Shown here: piece after piece, positions 14,962-18,560 of the stretch
Layout of the letters: each line of letters opens with the position of its first letter
Position numbering within the stretch: the first letter of the stretch is position 1
NCBI GenBank assembly: GCA_046484135.1
Contig: JAWOBU010000184.1
Span: 1 to 18,560, forward strand
Length of the DNA stretch: 18,560 nucleotides
Direction: 5' to 3'
Source of the DNA: a bacterium
Lineage (GTDB): Bacteria; RBG-13-61-14; DATKZS01
Program-made: the position numbers and the translations under genes
The notes under the pieces: generated by a model
The model's database searches: none
Seen by the model: the letters and a program-made list of their open reading frames with translations, nothing else
Told to the model about the DNA's origin: nothing

Positions 14962-17715
14962 ATGCCCTGTCTATATCTTTCGGCTTTATGCAAAAAGAAG
15001 TGGTCGGCTTATCCAGCCTTTATTGCTTTAACCCTCGCTCTCATGTTAGTCACTATGGCCTGCAACCAGGGAGGAGGCGGAGGTGGCAGTGATGTCACCA
15101 CTGCTTCAATAAGCGGCACCCTTGGCCTCCCGCAAAGGCTGGTGCTCGATTATGATACCAACGACCCCAATAACTCGCCCTCCTCCAACGACACCTTTGA
15201 CAACGCCCAGCCAATTGACAACCTGGTAACAGTGGCCGGCTTCGCAGGGGTGAACATTCCGGACGACCCGCAAGGAAACCCCCATCCGGACGATCCGGCC
15301 GATGTGTTCAAGGCGTATCTTAAAGAGGACGAAAAACTCACCTTGCGGATAGCAAACCCCGATCCGGGCGATCTCGACCTTAAGCTCTACGAGGGAACAA
15401 CCCTTGTTGACTCTTCCACCACCACCGACCAGGCAGTGGAAAGCGTTACCGTGGCAGAAGGCGGCACCCACTTTGTCAAGGTCGAGCCCAAAAACGGCGG
15501 GACCAACTACTCCATCTACAACCTGGCTGTGGGATTGTCCGGGACCTCCCAAGCGACAACAAGTCCCTCGACCGCCGCCGAGTTCGTGATAGGAGAAGCA
15601 GTAGTCAAGTTCAAGAAAGAAGAGTTCGCCGGCGCAAAAAACATGAAAGCAGCGGCATCACAAAAAGCCTCGGCCATGAACGCGACCTTGCGGTCAATAG
15701 ACCCGCGCGGCATGTCCCTTTTGAGGATCGAGTCCGCCCCCGGCACGCCCGTAAAGGAGCTCTCCGGCAGCTTCGGCAAGAAACTGGACTCGGCATATCC
15801 GGAGGACGTCTCCCGCGCCCGAAAAGAGACCCTGGAGTGGATCAAAGACTTAAACCGCGACCCCGGAGTGGCCTATGCAGAGCCCAACTATATCTATCAC
15901 CCCACTGCCACCACCCCCAACGATGAGCTCTTTAGCTACCAGTGGGACAAGCCCGCCATGTACTGCGAGCTTGCCTGGGACGAAACCAAGGGAAGCACCG
16001 CGGTGGTCACGGCAGTGGTTGATACCGGCTTGCTTTATGACCATCCCGATATTTCCGCTAACGTGCTCCGGGACGGCAATACCGTCGTAGGCTACGACAT
16101 GATCGCAGACCCGGACGTGGCCCGGGACGGAGACGGCAGGGACCCGAACCCTTATGACGTGGGCGACCTGGCCCAGACCAGCCGGAGCTCGTTCCACGGC
16201 ACCCACGTGGCCGGCATTGCCGCCGCGGTCAGCGACGGCACCACCACCGGAGTTGCCGGGACATCGTGGTTTACCAGGATCATGCCGGTGCGCGCGCTGG
16301 GAAAAGGCGGCGGGACCGGCTACGACGTGGCCCAGTCCATATACTATGCCGCGGGCCTTGATAACGTAAGCGAAACCAGGCCCAGAGTGGGAACCACGGT
16401 GGTCCCGGCGGACATCATCAACTTGAGCCTGGGAGGCCCTAATAAATCCACCGCAATCACGGACGCCGTGACCAAGGCCCGCGCGAAAGGAAGCATCATT
16501 ATAGCAGCGGCGGGCAATGCCAGCACCAATGATACTTATTATCCTGCGGCCAACGAGGGCGTGGTGGGCGTGTCCGCCACTGACTATCACGACAACCTGG
16601 CTTATTACTCGAACTACGGCGACTACATAGACCTGGCCGCGCCGGGCGGGGACATGAACACAGACTACAACAACGACGGCTACGGGGACGGCATTATCTC
16701 TACTCTGGGAGATGATTCGGATTGCTCCACAACAGAGGGGGAGTATCCCAAGCCCTGTATCAAGATGGTCTATGGATTTTATCAGGGGACCTCGATGGCC
16801 GCGCCCAACGTGTCCGGTGTGGTGGCCCTCATGATCGCCGCCTATAACGATCAGAAGCCGGAGGGCACCTTCTACCCCGAGGACCTGGACAACCTCATTC
16901 AGGGAAAGGCCGGAGACACCGCCATCGGCTCCATCACCAACTACGAAAAGGGACAGTGGGACCAGGAAAAAGGCTACGGCATCATTGACGCGGACCGGGC
17001 GGTCGAGGCCGCCGGCATGCTGGCAGGGGCCGCCCCGGGAGACACCGCTAAATTGGTTGCCGGACCCAACTCGCTCTTTTTCGGGTTCGACCTGGAACGG
17101 CAGGACGTGTACGTGTCCAACCGAGGAGGAACAACACTGGAGGGCCTTACAGTAGAGGAGCCTGATGAGACGTGGCTATCCATCAATAGGCCGGCAACAA
17201 CTACCATACCTGGAGACTCCACCGTAACCATAAGCTTTACCGTGGACCGCTCCCAGGTCAACGAATCCGGCAGCTACAGCGCCACCGTGACCATCGGGTC
17301 CTCTACGGGCGGCAACGATACGGTAGAGGTCAACATGAGCAAGGGAGACCAGACTGGAAGCAACGCCGGAGTGGTGTACGTGATCCTTATTGAAAAGGAA
17401 TCCATGAAAACCGTAAGCCAGGACATGACCTCGTACGCGGAAAGCTATAACTTTACCGTGTCCGCAAACGAAGGCGGGACCTATTACCTGGCGGCCGGGA
17501 CCGACCTGGACGACGACTATAAAGTAGGAGACAACGGCGAGCTTTTCGGCATGTACCCGGGAGTTGACCAGCCAGAGGTCATACACCTTACAAAAGGGGA
17601 ATCACTTACCGGCAAGGGCTTCTCGCTCCAGTTCATGGGAATGCCGGTGTCAGCCGTAAAGCCGGCGGACCATATCTCCGTATCCCCTTACGGGGCCTTC
17701 CAGAGGCTGAGATAA
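14962..17715 (+). CDS. Lipoprotein S8 (subtilisin-like) serine peptidase with PPC-like, propeptide and Ig/BACON-like domains
   Basis: Catalytic VVDTG, HGTHVAG, GTSMAAP; oxyanion AAAGN; propeptide end VAYAEPNY; lipobox TMAC followed by a Gly linker; AAGGAG RBS before ATG 14962. Confidence 0.93.
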   Translation: MPCLYLSALCKKKWSAYPAFIALTLALMLVTMACNQGGGGGGSDVTTASISGTLGLPQRLVLDYDTNDPNNSPSSNDTFDNAQPIDNLVTVAGFAGVNIPDDPQGNPHPDDPADVFKAYLKEDEKLTLRIANPDPGDLDLKLYEGTTLVDSSTTTDQAVESVTVAEGGTHFVKVEPKNGGTNYSIYNLAVGLSGTSQATTSPSTAAEFVIGEAVVKFKKEEFAGAKNMKAAASQKASAMNATLRSIDPRGMSLLRIESAPGTPVKELSGSFGKKLDSAYPEDVSRARKETLEWIKDLNRDPGVAYAEPNYIYHPTATTPNDELFSYQWDKPAMYCELAWDETKGSTAVVTAVVDTGLLYDHPDISANVLRDGNTVVGYDMIADPDVARDGDGRDPNPYDVGDLAQTSRSSFHGTHVAGIAAAVSDGTTTGVAGTSWFTRIMPVRALGKGGGTGYDVAQSIYYAAGLDNVSETRPRVGTTVVPADIINLSLGGPNKSTAITDAVTKARAKGSIIIAAAGNASTNDTYYPAANEGVVGVSATDYHDNLAYYSNYGDYIDLAAPGGDMNTDYNNDGYGDGIISTLGDDSDCSTTEGEYPKPCIKMVYGFYQGTSMAAPNVSGVVALMIAAYNDQKPEGTFYPEDLDNLIQGKAGDTAIGSITNYEKGQWDQEKGYGIIDADRAVEAAGMLAGAAPGDTAKLVAGPNSLFFGFDLERQDVYVSNRGGTTLEGLTVEEPDETWLSINRPATTTIPGDSTVTISFTVDRSQVNESGSYSATVTIGSSTGGNDTVEVNMSKGDQTGSNAGVVYVILIEKESMKTVSQDMTSYAESYNFTVSANEGGTYYLAAGTDLDDDYKVGDNGELFGMYPGVDQPEVIHLTKGESLTGKGFSLQFMGMPVSAVKPADHISVSPYGAFQRLR

Positions 17716-17747
17716 AAAACCGGTTTAAAAGAAATCTTAAAAACCGG
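17714..17747 (-). terminator. Putative intrinsic terminator oriented for a minus-strand transcript
   Basis: Arms CCGGTTT (17720-17726) and AAACCGG (17741-17747). The A6 run at 17714-17719 gives a U6 tail only on the minus strand. Confidence 0.5.
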
Positions 17748-17967
17748 CGAAGAATTTAGGAGCGGGCCATCCTGGACGAAAGAGGGGAGAGGGACGAGAG
17801 AAGGGAAAGGGGACGCCCTTAAGGAAGGTTCTCCGCCCAGGATGGCCCTATGTAAAACGCGTTACCTCGGGAAAAACAAACCGATATAAACCGAGCCTCT
17901 TAGTGCCGACCGTATACTTTTTCTCTAAACTTGATGATCGGGCCGGACCGTCTGTTTCCTCTTTGAT
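17714..17967 (-). ncRNA. Candidate sigma-54-dependent small RNA (~250 nt)
   Basis: Lies between a consensus -24/-12 promoter and a U-tailed hairpin. No credible ORF starts inside it. Contains a 12-bp perfect stem (17764-17775 / 17837-17848) closing a CU-rich loop. Confidence 0.5.
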
Positions 17968-17977
17968 CTTATGTATA

Positions 17978-17993
17978 TGCAACCGGCGTGCCA
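17978..17993 (-). promoter_or_regulatory. Sigma-54 (-24/-12) promoter
   Basis: Minus strand reads TGGCACG-CCGG-TTGCA, an exact match to TGGCACG-N4-TTGCW. Predicted +1 near 17967. Confidence 0.75.
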
Positions 17994-18007
17994 GCGGGCG
18001 GGATTTG

Positions 18008-18020
18008 TAACATGCTGAAA
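18008..18020 (-). promoter_or_regulatory. IHF-like site upstream of the sigma-54 promoter
   Basis: Minus strand TTTCAGCATGTTA resembles WATCAANNNNTTR (two mismatches), at about -41 to -53, where IHF typically binds in sigma-54 promoters. Confidence 0.4.
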
Positions 18021-18167
18021 TATAAGAGATTATTTTGACGGCATTGTCGAAGAATGTAAATAATACCGGCTTCGGCCGCAAAAATTGTCACAAGGGAATA
18101 AAGCTCAAAAAGAAAGGTATAAAAGAAAACTCGCGGTTGGTCCGGTTAAAACGAGGTAAACCCGGCT

Positions 18168-18560
18168 TCAAGGATAAAAAAGACTGTAAAGTGCGCTCAC
18201 CTGGTCCTTGCCCTGGAGGATGCCGAACATCCGGCTCTTGGAGAAAAGGCTCTGGTTGGTCATCCGATGCTCCGCATAAGAATTGACCGCGCTCTCGGGA
18301 ATGAAAAGAGCGAACCCCTCGGCATCGCCCGCGAAATCCGTGTCCTCCGGAGACTTCTTGGCGTAAATAATCACCAGCGCGCCGCCCTTGACCGAACCGT
18401 CTTTGATCTTGCCGAGCTCCGTCGAGAAAACGTCCACAATATGCTTGCCGTAGGCGTCCCAGATGGCAAGCAGTCTGCCGTTCTGCGTCTCCTGGTTGAA
18501 AGGGCGCCCGCTGGTGGGCGGAGGTATCTTCGTCTTTACGAATATGCTCAGGTAGCGGGC
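18168..18560 (-). CDS. Hypothetical protein, C-terminal part (5' end outside the window)
   Basis: Frame is open from the window edge: ARYLSIFVKTKIPPPTSGRPFNQETQNGRLLAIWDAYGKHIVDVFSTELGK...SLFYP*. The 18437 start in the ORF track is likely internal. Confidence 0.72.
   Translation of the reverse strand, partial: ARYLSIFVKTKIPPPTSGRPFNQETQNGRLLAIWDAYGKHIVDVFSTELGKIKDGSVKGGALVIIYAKKSPEDTDFAGDAEGFALFIPESAVNSYAEHRMTNQSLFSKSRMFGILQGKDQVSALYSLFYP

Noticed and set aside
17848..18081. 77-aa minus-strand ORF across the last intergenic region
   Set aside because: No clear RBS, no protein-like motif, and it spans the sigma-54 promoter and IHF-like site.
1..18560. CRISPR array, tRNA/rRNA, transposase, integrase or phage genes
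   Set aside because: No regularly spaced direct repeats, cloverleaf or rRNA signatures, or recombinase motifs seen by eye.

Overview
Bacterial chromosomal window, moderately GC-rich and probably Deltaproteobacteria/Desulfobacterota-like (inferred from gene content only). In order it holds: a partial small membrane lipoprotein (-); an NYN/LabA-DUF88 + OST-HTH protein (-); a large 2TM-4xPAS-GAF-PAS hybrid histidine kinase (-) divergent from two tandem paralogous stand-alone receiver proteins (+); an exported hypothetical (-); a three-gene unit of a gluconate-2-dehydrogenase-subunit-3-like protein, a GMC oxidoreductase and a GT-C membrane glycosyltransferase (+); an FmdB zinc-ribbon protein (+); two exported helical proteins sharing a domain I do not recognise (-); an APC amino-acid permease (-); a large lipoprotein S8 protease (+); and the 3' end of a hypothetical (-). 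No rRNA, tRNA, CRISPR array or transposase was seen. The best unexplained signal is a consensus sigma-54 promoter with an IHF-like site pointing into a ~250-nt ORF-free region. That region has a long stem with a CU-rich, anti-Shine-Dalgarno-like loop and a correctly oriented terminator, making it a candidate sigma-54 sRNA (17714-17967, minus strand). Also notable are two ~132-bp intergenic elements bounded by inverted arms built from short tandem units.
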